In this document: positions 23,875 to 36,384 of the stretch, piece by piece
Layout: each line of letters opens with the position of its first letter
Numbering within the stretch: the first letter of the stretch is position 1
Assembly: GCF_024521635.1 (NCBI RefSeq)
Contig: NW_026250420.1
Location: forward strand, 496,001 to 560,000
Length of the DNA stretch: 64,000 nucleotides
Direction of reading: 5' to 3'
Source of the DNA: Tricharina praecox
Taxonomy: Eukaryota
The notes under the pieces: model-generated
Database searches by the model: none
Seen by the model: the letters and a program-made list of their open reading frames with translations, nothing else
What the model was told of the DNA's origin: nothing
Position numbers and translations under genes: made by a program

Positions 23875-25343
23875 TCATACTATACTATCGTTCCTTCCGC
23901 TGCGACTATCCCTCGTAGCAGCCACGATCTGATCGGTGCTATCCGAGTTTGTATTTTTCCGCGAGAACATCTCCATCTCGACCAAGAAATCCGGCGGTAT
24001 TGTTTGCGAATGTAGCCGCGAATGTAGTGGTGGTGGTAGAGGAGGAGGTGGCGGCGGTGGCGGCGAGGTCAGCGCCCGCTTCCCCCTGATGATCAGCTGC
24101 CGCACGGCAAATAGGCTCGTTGTGATCAGCGTTAGGTTGCACTCGATTATGGCGTACAGGCCCGAGGTGGTTGCTTCCCCTGGATAGGTGGTAGGTATGT
24201 TAACGGAAAGTGCTGGCAGAGGGGGGGGGGGGGGGGGGGAGGGGGGGACCCGGGAGGAAGGTGTACCTACATGTGAAATCATAGTTCTCCCAGTTGAAAT
24301 CCAGCAACCACTTCAGCCGTAAGATGGAAGCCACCACGGCGATGCCGCCAAATAGCAGCATGAGCACAATCGTGATCTTGTCTCGCCGGGGTATGTTGAT
24401 GGCGTAGATCACCGGCAGCGGCATGCAGTATATTACCACTGAGCCGACGAGGTTGCACCCGGCTTGGATCGCCAGTATGTCGTTCAGCCGTAGGGGACAG
24501 CCACTGGGGTAGTGCAGGACATCCCAGGCTTTGGAAATGGGATAGCACATGAATATACTTACCTGCAGAGTGTCAGTGTCAGTGGGGGTGAGATAATTGG
24601 GGGAAGGGGAGGCGTACGAAGAGGAGGATGATGGTGTAGATTATCACCACCCAGCTGGTGATCTTGATGCAGCGGCGGTGAGAAGGCTCCACTGATAATC
24701 CGTAGTAGAGTGCAAGAACGCTGAGCTTCACCGTGCTGGTGAGTTTGGGCTCCGTCAATTGACTTGGCCGGTGCGATATGGCTATCGATTTGCATGCGGT
24801 TGGATTCCTTACCATGGGGCCAAGGCACACGCAAAACTGGTGGCATATGCTAACTGAGGTTCATCTCATGTCAGTGAGGGACTCGGAATAGGTATGATGA
24901 CCGTGGGACGAACCTTGAGTAGCCCCTCATAGCTCTGCAGAGGAACATCTTTGAGGTGCTTCCCGTAACCTTTTTCCAGCGAGAGGACCGTTAATGTCGA
25001 GTAGCCAAAGTTCACAATCTGGCAATCAAGGATCAGTAGGTGATTTGTATCCTTTCAGTAGGCAATAGTGAGGTGAGGTGAGGTGAGGTGAGGTAAGACA
25101 AGGTGAGGTGAACATACAACGGCGATGATAGCCAGCCAATCCTCACGGCCAAAGACCTTCAGTACACACGCCCTACAATATACTCTGTCCTCGTCTCCAG
25201 TCAGCGCCAAGAGACCTGTCAACACCAGAGTGAGCAATCCACCAGACTAACCTCAGCCCGACCACCACGGTCGACAACACCAAGAACACAATGAGAGTTC
25301 CCAAGAGTTTGGGAGCTCTGTTCGGGACGTTAGTATCGTCCAT
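23875..25343 (-). CDS. PTH11-like (fungal rhodopsin-domain) 7TM integral membrane protein without CFEM domain
   Basis: LSTVVVGLR|LYCR...FGREDWL, GYGKH, VKLSVLALY, IFMCYPISKAWD, MPLPVIYAI, VASILRL, DFTW...IIECNL; about 6 introns; 3' end uncertain. Confidence 0.85.
25068..25094 (+). repeat. (GTGAG)n microsatellite in PTH11-like intron
   Basis: Five tandem GTGAG units. Confidence 0.85.
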
Positions 25344-28300
25344 CCTTGAAGAGAACAGACAAGCGAGCACATGGCATGGGCATTCGCTACTTTAAATACC
25401 AAGCTCATTTTCAGGGGAGGGGGGGCGAACCAGAGCGCGGACTTTACCGAAGGCTGGCGATTCCTGCATTCCTGCATAACGTCGGCTTGTCCGGTAGCGA
25501 ATTATGCAGAATCCGAGCGGATGCATAAGGCTAGATTGAATGCTCTCGTGCATTAGAGTCTGTAGCATTGATGCAGGAGTCTACACGGTGCCAAAGTCCT
25601 ACGAAGCGGCTCTCTCAGATATCTATACCTACATGCTCTCATCTACGAACCGCCTCATGTAGATCCAACCAACCTACGATCGATGAAACGTGGTGATTCT
25701 CGCCCACACGGCTCTTCTATTACCCGCAGCCGACGTGGCGAGGAGCGTGAAGCCGGCTACGTATAGGACCATGGTGCTCGCTTGGATAATGACGGAATAA
25801 CCAGGGACCCGAGTCATCCGCCGGGAGGTGGAAACCCGACCTCGTGGGGCCCACAGAGCCTCGGGTGAGAGGCGAGAAACGCACCGGGACGCGGGGTAGT
25901 TAACGGAGGTGGAGTGCTTCGACCTTGGGGCCCGGTTTTGCTTGCTCGTCTTGTTAAGCTCTGGGCTCTGTTTTTTGCTTGTGATTAGATGTTGCAATTG
26001 ACGAGATATCTGCAATATTGATCTCCCCGAAATACGACTCCAACACAGTACGAATCATTAGAGTACTTGGGACCCCATGCAGAATGTTTGAGAGTCTCCG
26101 GGACCAATACCAAGGTTTGCGGTCTTAGTCGTGCGTTGCTAGCGAGTATGAGGAGATGATTGTATGTACGATCATCACTTCGCTTGGTGTCCATTAAGCA
26201 GACTGGGAACTTTACTAGTAGGTATTGAGGGACTAGTTCCCACTGGCGATCACACCAAAAGTAAGGCTTGTAGAGCACTTACGGTATATGGCCATATATC
26301 ACAACAACTTCTGGCGATAACAATATCAGAGAAGTTTACGCCGAGCACCCCTGCCTACTTATGAAGGCCAACATGTCATTTCATTTTTTTGTATGCATAA
26401 TTTTGGCGACAGAGTGGCTGAAGGGTATATGTCATATGCATTGCCCGGATCTCCCTACATAGCAGCCGTCAGGCCGAGAGCACGAAACAAGGGCCTTTCC
26501 ACCACGAATGTTTCGGATCCGCACACCCCAGCACTGGAAAGCGACCTGCCATACCTTCGACAGCCCTGGAAGGCTATTATGTATGTAGGGGCCAGAGCGG
26601 AGGCAACGGTACGTAAGCAATAGCTGTAAGAGACGGTAGATATGGAGATAGTATTGTACAATCGAGGAGACGGACATGCCACTTTTCGCGCCACCGCCGC
26701 TCAGCCCACCCAGCACCGACGGTCAGTTAACCAAGTCCGAGGCTCGAGCCCATCCGATAGACTGGGGCGTGGTGAGAACCGGGCGCCGAGGAGGAGTTGG
26801 TGGTGGCAGAGGGAACGGGTGACGGTGGAGTCAGAAGCGACGGAGACTCGAGAGGGACAGGGACTTGGGACGGATGGTGGCAAGAAGCGGAGGATGGACA
26901 GGGTTGGATTTGATATCTGTCATTTCTCCCCATGTACCTACTAGGTATAGCCTGCGATGGAAGAGGGCTGGGCGGAGAGAAATATGTATTGGACATAGCA
27001 ATGGAGAAGTTGAACCCAGTGCCCACGTCGAGCATTCAAACGAGGTCGAAGACAGTACTCATGATCCGACGAAGTCGAATGCAATGACGATGTAACGAAA
27101 AGTAAAAAATAAAAACAAAGAACCCCTATACCTCACTCTAGTACGGTAGGTAGTGTGTTCAAGTCTTATGTTCGTGAGATATATCCTGTCCATGACGTGG
27201 TCTGCAAACCGGCGCTTGACGATCTCGGGAGACTCACAGACTTGACACACTGAAGCAAACATGTGGGGGAGCTAGGGTTCCGTACTAAGCGTACCGATTG
27301 GTTGCCCAGTACCCGCTTCTCGTGCCGAAGATGGCGTGAACTTTGGCAAATACGGAGACCGAACTTCCAAGAACATCGTTTGACAGTTGACTTGGGCAAA
27401 CGTTTCAAAAATACCCCCCGGCCCGGCGCACTGTTAACCAAGCAGTGGAAAGCATAGTACGGGAAATTATCTTACGTATGTCAATCAGGAAGAGAGAGAG
27501 AATGAGAGGGAGCACGCATAAGCACGCGACTGTCACCGGTAGTCACACCAACGTTACATCACAACTTCCGACGACAACTCATGACTGATCGATTTGCATG
27601 TACATGCATACGATACATACCGATACCTCTTTGAAGCCGAGCTTCACTACATGCAATCCGAACTTCATCACATGAAACCCTCACATACCTACTCTTCTTC
27701 GGCCGCATGGACAGTTCATTACCTTGCGGTGAGTACATAGCGCCAGCACAGTGGCTTCACGATGTTCAAACTTCAGCACAGATCTACATACAAGTCAAGA
27801 ACTTGTGGGGGAACCAGACTTTGGGTCCGCCAGGGCAAACCTTCGGGACCAGCCGTCGTAGCCGTCGTCGTCGGGCTAGGCGTAGCTTTCTGATTAATCA
27901 CACATGTGAACATACCTACCCTCCTAGCTCCAAGTCGGCTTGCTCTGCGACTTCACGCACGACCATTCCATTGATGCGGCTAGGCAGACTTTCTTTTTCC
28001 ACATGACGGAGACGGAGGCTACGGTTAAGGCGCGGAGTACTTAGCCGGGAGGAGTTCCGGCCGGCGCCGCGGCTTCGAGCCTTGAGCTGCATAATCCATT
28101 CGAAACCGGTGCATAGATCCTTTGGACCGCCGGCACGCAATAATTCGATGGACCCATGTACTGCCTATGCGGTAGTAGATTCGGAGCCCGTCCAAGGAAC
28201 TGGCGACGTCGGACGGCGATCGTGTCCGAGGACTGGTTCTCAACTTCAATGTTCAGCGACGATCCCGTACTCTGCCTACCTACGACGCTGGGCTGACTAG

Positions 28301-28727
28301 CGCGTTCTCGCCGGAGTGTGAAGCCCACCATCCTGGCCTGAAGTCGAGCTTCAACGTTCTCATATCCCCGGCCGCCTCACCGGTACCGGACAGATACATA
28401 TGAACCACGGACCTGGGGACTGGAGATCAACAGCATCGAAACATGTACTCTATATACTCGAGCACCTTGGGACCGGAAGTGCCAGGATCCGCCAAGTACG
28501 CGTTGGAGCCGAGCAACTTCGGCTTTCGGCACGTGCGGAATGGTGGCTTGCATATCTTCCTACCACGTCCACTGCCGCGAACCTCGGCTCATGTCCCAGA
28601 AAAACAAGCTACAATGCCTAATATACGGACTCCCTACTTTCTGTTCATTCACCTCAATAACTTGTTCGAAGCTCCTACAAGCTCCTTCAAGCTCTCTCAA
28701 GCTCCCAGGAAATAAGCAACCGCCGAT

Positions 28728-29837
28728 ATGCCACCCCACGAACGCTCATCATCTTCAACCGGCACGATCAAAGCCGAGCCACCACTCGACAAAACCGTAG
28801 CTCCCATCGAGAACACCCTCCACTTGACACCGCTCTTCGAAATCGGTCCCAACATCTTCACCAACACTCGCAAGCTATGGCAGCCAGTCGGAGCCCGCGG
28901 CATCTACGGCGGCAGTGTCATTTCGCAGTCCCTCCTCGCCGCGCAGCTCACTGTGCCGTCCACCTTTGTCCCGCACAGCATGCACTGCTACTTCGTCCTC
29001 AGCGGAAACCCCCACATCCCCATCCTCTACCACGTCGACATTGTGCGCGAGGGCCGAAGCTTCCACACTCGCACCGTACAAGCGCGGCAGCGCGGCAAAG
29101 CGATCTTCACCATGACCTGCTCGTTCACCGTTCCGCAGGCGACCAAGATCGCCGAGAGCGATAACCCGGAGAAGCGGATCGTGCGCCACCAGCCGGTGTT
29201 TCCGACCGCGGACATCCGGCTGCCCGAGGAGTGCGAGAGCGAGTCGGATGTCATCGCCCGCCTGCTGAAGACCGGCCGCATCGACGAGGACATGGCGGCC
29301 GAGGGGATGAAGCGCTTTGAGCGCGACCCGTTCGAGTGGCGCGCTATCGGCGTCGGCCAGCGGAATCCAAAGGCGAAGATCCTCCACCCTGCGAGCACGT
29401 CACATCCTGACCCCTCGCTGCCGCCGGCCGAGAAGGTGATGCGCCAGTGGGTGCGCTCCAAAGCGCCGATTTCCGATCCGCTGTACGTCAACCCGGCACT
29501 AGCGTACTTCTCGGACTCGTGGTTCATCGGCACCGTGGGGAGGGTGAATTCCGCCGCGAGAAGGGATCGGGTCGGAATGATGGTTAGTCTCGACCATACC
29601 ATCCACTTTCATGCCGGCGATAGGACAAAGGTCGATGAGTGGTTGCTCGTCGAGACGGAGTGTCCGTGGGCTGATGAGGAGCGCACCCTCGTCAGGATGC
29701 GCGTCTGGAGTGCCGATGGAACGCTGCTGGCGAGCTGTTTGCAGGAAGGAATGGTGAGGCTGAAGGATGGGAGGGAGGGCGAGGGGATGGAGGACGCCAG
29801 TAGCCCTGGGGCCCATACGCCGAAAGCGAACCTGTAG
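28728..29837 (+). CDS. TES1: Acyl-CoA thioesterase II (TesB/Tes1/ACOT8), probably peroxisomal; intronless
   Basis: GARGIYGGSVISQSL, HSMHCYF, VREGRSFHTRTVQARQ, ALAYFSD, MMVSLDHTIHFH, SCLQEG; ends -KANL. Confidence 0.93.
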   Translation: MPPHERSSSSTGTIKAEPPLDKTVAPIENTLHLTPLFEIGPNIFTNTRKLWQPVGARGIYGGSVISQSLLAAQLTVPSTFVPHSMHCYFVLSGNPHIPILYHVDIVREGRSFHTRTVQARQRGKAIFTMTCSFTVPQATKIAESDNPEKRIVRHQPVFPTADIRLPEECESESDVIARLLKTGRIDEDMAAEGMKRFERDPFEWRAIGVGQRNPKAKILHPASTSHPDPSLPPAEKVMRQWVRSKAPISDPLYVNPALAYFSDSWFIGTVGRVNSAARRDRVGMMVSLDHTIHFHAGDRTKVDEWLLVETECPWADEERTLVRMRVWSADGTLLASCLQEGMVRLKDGREGEGMEDASSPGAHTPKANL

Positions 29838-31580
29838 TTAGATGCTCGCTCGCTGTAGTTTTGGTTTCCGTTGGTATGTAGCGGTGCGGTTTTTGTTTTG
29901 GATTTGTGCAATGATACCGTGCGATGTGGGTTATTTCGATAAATTATATTTGTAGTTCTCTACGGACGAGCGTCGTTCGAAAAATGGTACATAACTTTCC
30001 CAGGTGCTATAGCCACTCCAGCCCGTGACCGCCACAGGCTCTTATGTATTCTTCATATGTGATCCTGTAGACTGTAGTTCACATCGATGAAACCCCACGT
30101 GCCTTTTTCGGGTTTTGGGGGGTTCACCAATGGCATGCAGCCCAGCTGGACTACCGTATGGCAATGTACAATACGCACTCTCGGGTCTCCCGGATTCTGT
30201 CTATATGTAGCACGGTCCAGATAACCGGCTCGGTGTATGTAATACATAGCAGCACGCTTTCCTCAACCCTGGGGGGCACCGAACCGATGTACTGGTACAG
30301 CGTATATATATGCATACCGAAAGAGTACGGGGGAACGACAGTCGTCAGCCGCTCGGGGCTGGCCATCTTCGGCCACGCGCTCTACTCTACTCCGTGCCAC
30401 GGTGCTCCACTCGACCCTCTGAGCATTGCAGTGCTCCCGCGACTACGGGCCTTGGTGGCTGCCCCCATTTTTCCCAGCACCGAGTATCGGGCCCCCCTTG
30501 TCGTCCAAGTCCAGCGCAGTGTTGACTGGCTCGGGCATGTCCCCAGTCCCGACTTGAGCTAGTACCGCACTCTAGAGTCTAGATGCCGTGCGCTTCTCGG
30601 CCTCGGCCGGCTTTAGAGGGCTCGCATTTCTTCCGAAGCCGGCAGTGGGTTGGCGCTTCTTGCACCACAATCGTGCCCTGAGCTAGCCCCGAGCCATCCC
30701 CGAGCCAGCCCCGAACCAGCCCGTGTCCGATATTTACCGGCATTAATTGGCCGGCTTCTGTAGTTGTTGACGTGGGCTAGGCACTCCGGTAACTCGACTG
30801 GCTGAGAGCTCGACTCATCCGTCCGCTAACTACCGTATCCGGGTGTGTGCCGGGCACTAGGGGATCGCAGTCCGATAGGCGGGTTCGCCGCGGCGCATAT
30901 GTACGTCTGGCCGGGCCCGGTTCGCATGCCCCATTCGGTATATTACGGTCCGAGGAGCGGTGAAGATGCGTATTAGAGTAGGTACCTTGCTGACCTTGCT
31001 GATCTTACGTGCTTGGCCTCGGTACATATTATAGTCGACTGGCCTAACTAACCACAACCGCGCACTCGGCATCGTCTCACTGTGTCTCTTAAAACTACCG
31101 GTACATTGTATATATGCCCCCATGTGGGACAGTGGGGCCTCCTGCCGGTCCACGTGTGCCGGTTGCCGTTGCATGCGCCCCCCGGATGCTGACACTAGTA
31201 GTAACCGAGTGCTAATCCATGCCCGCTTGCACAGTCACGCAAATCCGCAACTGCGCCCGAAAAAGCGAAAAAGTAAAAGAGTCATTCCTTTCTCGGCAGT
31301 ATGATAAGTAACCACATACCTGCATACCTGCATATCGGAAAAGCAGCCCCCAGGGCTGAGTGACACAATATGCAAGCCCATCACCAGCCACGGCTAGCTA
31401 CCAACCGAGCCGCTCGCTCTAGGCAGACACTGGACACTCGACAGATGGGTTTGTGTATATCCGGATGGTTACTTACTCTCCCTGCAGCCCTGTGGGGAGA
31501 GGTGACGGCCTTGACGGCCTTGACGGGACTTGCCAATAGGCAGGCGGCCACTACGAACGGAAGGTGGAAGGTGGAAAGTC

Positions 31581-31642
31581 CCATGCGAACAGCCATGCGA
31601 ACAGCCATGCGAACAGCCATGCGAACAGCCATGCGAATAGCC
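31581..31642 (+). repeat. 12-bp minisatellite (CCATGCGAACAG) x5
   Basis: Four exact copies plus one with a single mismatch, upstream of the VWA gene. Confidence 0.9.
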
Positions 31643-32810
31643 GTGGGGGATATTTTGCGAACATTTCCCTACGATTGGCGTGAACTTTGAAGAAAACTGG
31701 AGATGCATATACACATGTAGGAATCGGCTGTATGTCTGTCTGTGAAGTCGATGCAGGCGGATTGGAATTCGCGTGAATGTTAGGAGGAGCAAGATGAGGG
31801 GGCAATTCCTCACTTTCCAAATCCCCATCCCAAGATCACCACTGGCACCACATGGCTTCCGTGGCAATCGCCATCCGGAGGGTTGCATCAGTGGTACAAT
31901 TCCCAGGCTCGTCGTGACTCGCCTCCGTTTGTAATGTGGGCATCCGGCCAGAAGCAAGAGCCCGCCGTCTGCTTTGTAATCGGCCCAACCGAGAGAGCAC
32001 AGCGGCCGGCCGGTTGCTGCGGATTGCTTTGGGTTGCGTGGACTTGACCCTCCGTCAATCGCACTGCTCAACAACTCAACAGTCCGGCGGGCTGCTGGGC
32101 CACTTACAGACCAACGGCCAGCCCGACGTTTAAGTATCAACGGACTGGCCGGCTTAAGTGTGGAATGGCCACAATGATCCGAGGAGGGAGCTCGAGTGGC
32201 GGTGTTTACTTCGGGGGCGACAACAATGACGAAGCGTCTGCATGGCCCATCGACACCATCAGATGATCGCCGGTCTCACGTTGTGCTTATGTGTTCCTTC
32301 CCAGTAATCCTTAATACGTATCACAAGCTCTATGTGGCACCTGTGGACTCTGGAGACACGGCGCTTCACGTGACGGACCTGGTACATGCATAGCCGCCTC
32401 TGCTAACGAGTTGGGGGGCTTGTAGCCGCCGCCAATATCTGGGCCCCTGCGGCATGACGGTGATTGTTGAAGCTTGCATGTGTATGACTGCAAGGATCTC
32501 GGTGGTGCTTTGTTCTCAAAGCCTCTCTGGCTGGTTAGCTGAGGTACTTACCCAAACTACCCCGCGTCAGCCCAGCCAGCCCCACCTGTGCTCCCAATGC
32601 CCAGCGTCTTTAGAATGTGAGCGCATAAAAGTACGCACTCCCCCCTGGGCCTCCCAAACCGATCGGGAGTATAAGTTCTTGGAGTAGCCTGCAACCCATC
32701 CTCCGTCCCGTCGCGACAAATCCATCTCAAAACACCTTCGCTCACACACAAGATCCTCGTATCTTGTATAGTAAAACACCGTCATCATTTACAGCTATCA
32801 ACAACAAACT

Positions 32811-34703
32811 ATGGGGGTACGTTGCCCGACGACTGGAGGCCCCCACGTGGCATCATTGGAGACTGACTCGTGGCTATTGCTACCCATAGCTCGCTAGCAA
32901 GATGGCCGCGGCGAAAGTCCAGAGTGCGCAACCCCCGGGCGGCGCCCCCGCCGCCGCTTCAGCCTATCCTGGCGCCGACAGTCGTCCAACATACACCGGC
33001 CAGCAGCCACCGGCAACTTACAACCCGCAAAAGACCGGACAAGCTCAGTACCAGGCCTACGTGCGTTTCTCCACCGCCACAATGTAGGTTGCCATCGCGC
33101 TGACGACAGTGAAGCAACCTCAACAGCAGCAAGCTCCTCCTCCGCAGCAACAGTCGTACGGTCAGCAGCAGCAGCAGCAGTACGGCGGCGGCCAACAAGC
33201 CTATCCCCCACAGTCGTACGGTGCACCGGCGCCCCCCGGCGCGGGCGCGCTCCCACCAAAGAAAGCTAGCCCCGCAACCGACCCGGAGATCCTCTTCTCG
33301 ATCCTGAAGGAGACGACGACGGAGAACAACCTGGGGAATTTCTACGATGACAACAGATTACGACAGCTAGCGGCGCAGCTCGGACGTACGGATCCCGTGA
33401 CCACCATCTGCGGGCGCTGGGACATTCCTCTCGAGATCTCGTTCGACCTCGTAAAGCTGGCGCTGTACGATATCGTCTTCCTGGTGGACGACAGTGGCTC
33501 GATCGAGTTCTCGAAGCTCCAGGGTGAGCTGAAATCGCTGCTGAGGAGCGCCGCGTTCGCAAGTAGTCTTTTCGATCAGGATGGCTTCTCGGTCAAGTTC
33601 TTGAACTCGACTGTGGAGGGGGATAATATTCGCACCGAGGCCCAGGCGGAGGATCTGGTGAACAGAGTGAGGTTCCAGGGCGTTACTCCGCTGGTTACGT
33701 CGCTGCGCGACAAAATTCTCAGGAAATATCTGGGCGAGGTTCATGAGCAGACCCCTAATATCAAGAAACCGCTGCTGGTGATCATCATTACCGACGGAAT
33801 GGTAGGATACCCCACCCAATTCACATTTCATCACGCCGATGACGCTCACATACCATTCAGCCCACAGACAGTCCCGGCCGCGAATTCCAGCGCCTCATCA
33901 AAGACTACAAAATCAAGCGTTTGTCGCCTCTCCTCCCGCCTCTCCCTTACCCGTTCTAACGTGACATATAGCTGTCGCATTTCAAATCGCGCAGGTCGGT
34001 GTAGATGCCGATGCCCAGGACTTCCTTGCATCCCTCGATTCGGACCCCGAAGTCGGCGGTCTGATCGATTGCACATCCAGTACGGATCAACCCACTCCCT
34101 CCGAGATCCCCGCTAACCCTCAAACAAGACTTCGAAATGGAATCAGCCGAGTTCCGGCGGATGACCAACATGGCGCTTACGCGTGAGCTGTGGTACACCA
34201 AGCTTCTGTTAGGTAGTATCGACAGAACCGTACGTCTTCCCCGTCTCCCAACGGGAAGTGTACCTCACTGACGGAGCGCACAGTATGACAAAAAGGACGA
34301 GAAAGAATCCGGCTACGCGCCGCCCGCTCCCGCCAAGCCCTCATACGGCGGCAGTGCGCCGGCGGCCCCACCAAGCCAGTACTACCAAGCCCCGGGCGGT
34401 GGCCAGCAGCAGTACCCTCCATCGTACAGCCAGCAACCCCAGGCGCAACAGTATGGTCACCAGCAGTACCCGCAGGGGCAGCCGGGACATGGACAGCAGG
34501 GACATGGGCCGCAGTCCTACAACAATCCTGCGCAGTCCTCACATTCGCCTGCGCCCCGCGGTCAGGAATATGGGTATCCCCCCTCGTCTGGACAGCAGTA
34601 TCAGCAGGGGTACGTGCCGCCGCCGCCCGCTGGGTACAGTGCCCCGCCGCCTCAAGGACAGTACTATAGTGGACAACAGCCACCGCCCGGAGGCCGCTAC
34701 TAG
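32811..34703 (+). CDS. VWA-domain protein with Q/P/Y/G-rich low-complexity termini (RfeF-like)
   Basis: Exon 1 ATGGGG (32811-32816), intron to 32889, giving MGLASKMAAAK; LVKLALYDIVFLVDDSGSI (MIDAS DxSxS), GVTPL, KPLLVIIITDG, FQIAQVG; about 6 introns; stop TAG 34701-34703. Confidence 0.82.
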
Positions 34704-34992
34704 GCACCTATTTCAATCAGTTCTGGCAGCGAGACTGGGTGGAACAGAAGCGGGGGCGGTCATAAAGGGATGTGGGCTGCAGAGTCTTTGCCTGTGTGTG
34801 TAGGATGGGAATAGAGGCCTTTTACTTGTTCTTGTTCTTACTTGTTTCTTACGACGTACGTTCATGGGTGTGTAGTGGGCGTGAGAGCCATCGCGGAATG
34901 AAAATGAAAATAGTATACCTACACGGTTTTATGTTTCTGAATTTGGCGTGATGTGTGTCTAAGTGTCGTGGTTCAACTCCAACTTTTGGTTC

Positions 34993-35385
34993 GGACCAGA
35001 GTGGACTGGACTGGACGGGACTGGACGGGACTGGACTGGACTAGACCTAGCACTGAGCAGTCCCCCTAGGCTCGATTGAAACCAAAGGGTGGTCATAGCC
35101 GTACCGTAGGTAGTCAGCGTTGAACGTTACCGATGTCGGGATCGGACTGTATCAGTTCAGAAGACAGAAGACGGAAGTTTCCGGACCGGACCGGGCAGAG
35201 TCGGGGGACTCGGGGCACTCGGCTCGACTGGGACCCGGAACCTTTATTTTTGTGTTTCTTCAGCGATCGCATGGCAGTGACTACAGTCCAGTCTAGTCCA
35301 GTCCAATCCAGTCCAGTCCGTTCAGCCCAGTCCGTCCAGTCCCATCCGGTTCCGTCCAGTCCGTATAGTCCAGTCCGGTCTGGTT
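34993..35385. repeat. Degenerate (GTCCA/TGGAC)n arrays, probable remnants related to the 22.7 kb MITE
   Basis: TGGAC-type array ending ...CTAGCACTG at 35055; CAGTG at 35275 followed by a GTCCA array; both resemble the MITE left end CAGTG...CTAGTCCAGTCCAGTCC. Confidence 0.55.
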
Positions 35386-35729
35386 TGGATAACCAGCTCG
35401 GTGGATCGGTGGATCGGTAGATCAGTGGGCCAGCCGATGGCCGTGGTGACTTCCGAGTTCCGGGTTCTGAGTTCTGAGATACTTGTCCCGCGGATACTCT
35501 AGGTATATACTACTCTATAGTAGTGTGCTAAGTGCTTGGGATATTCAGTGGCCAGGCTCGTGTAGTTTTCATGTACTCTACTTACGTGGTATCACTCGCC
35601 ACGAGAGTGACCGCCATGATTGGGCAGAGTGTGCGCCCACAGTTGTGGTGGTTACAGCTTACGAATATGTAATCTACCATGATCTACTCTACCAAGGTCG
35701 AATGTAATGATTGCAGCAAAAAACGGTTG

Positions 35730-35755
35730 TGCTGCTGCTGCTGCTGCTGCTGCTG
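35730..35755 (+). repeat. (TGC)n trinucleotide microsatellite
   Basis: About 8.5 units. Confidence 0.9.
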
Positions 35756-36384
35756 ATGGTATCCTGAACAACGATCCCCTTGCAGATTATGTATTCCTCT
35801 TGGAGTCTTGATGGGTTGCTGCAGCCCGGTGACCAGTCGCCCTATTTACGTCTAATGTGCTTTTCTTCTTCTTGGTAGTTCCTATTCGACCTTGTCCATC
35901 CAAGACTCCAAGACTCCGAGACTCCGAGGCACTGCACGATAGAATCGAATCATCTCAGTCATCGGAGCTTGACGAAGCAGCGAATCGCGAATAGAGGTAC
36001 TACATACATGTATCCAAGGTATCAAATTCATCCATATATCATGTGTAACTATCATGTGTAACTAAAGTATACCTACATCGCAGCAGCAAAAATCAAACTC
36101 CTTAACCACTCCGCCCCCCGCCCCCCGCCCCCCAGAACAGATCGATTACATAAGTAGTGGCGGCATCAACATTGAACATTGAACAAGCATCAAGCGCATA
36201 ACCTGCCCGCCCCCCTCAAAAAAACAACCGCATCCCCCGCCCCCAAAATACAAGCTCGAGATTAGCCACCTCCCACGTCAAAACAGTGATGTGATGTGGT
36301 GGAAAACACGAACATTAAAACGCCAGACAGGTATAAGAGATACAAACACCCATTCCCCCACGAACCAACCATTTTACTGCCCCC

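Noticed and set aside
24554..24565. ATACTTACCTG, identical to the U1 snRNA 5' end
   Set aside because: It is the reverse complement of the CAG|GTAAGTAT junction inside the PTH11-like gene; no U1 stem-loops or Sm site follow.
30590..30604. GCTTCTCGGCCT, resembling the U2 snRNA 5' end
   Set aside because: The following TTTGGCTAAGATCA and GTAGTA branch-pairing sequences are absent.
31581..31642. Regular repeat array considered as CRISPR-like
   Set aside because: Head-to-tail 12-mers with no spacers, in a eukaryote; a minisatellite.
34817..34826. GCCTTTTAC, the U5 loop 1 sequence
   Set aside because: Weak flanking stem, no Sm site, and it lies in the VWA gene 3'UTR.
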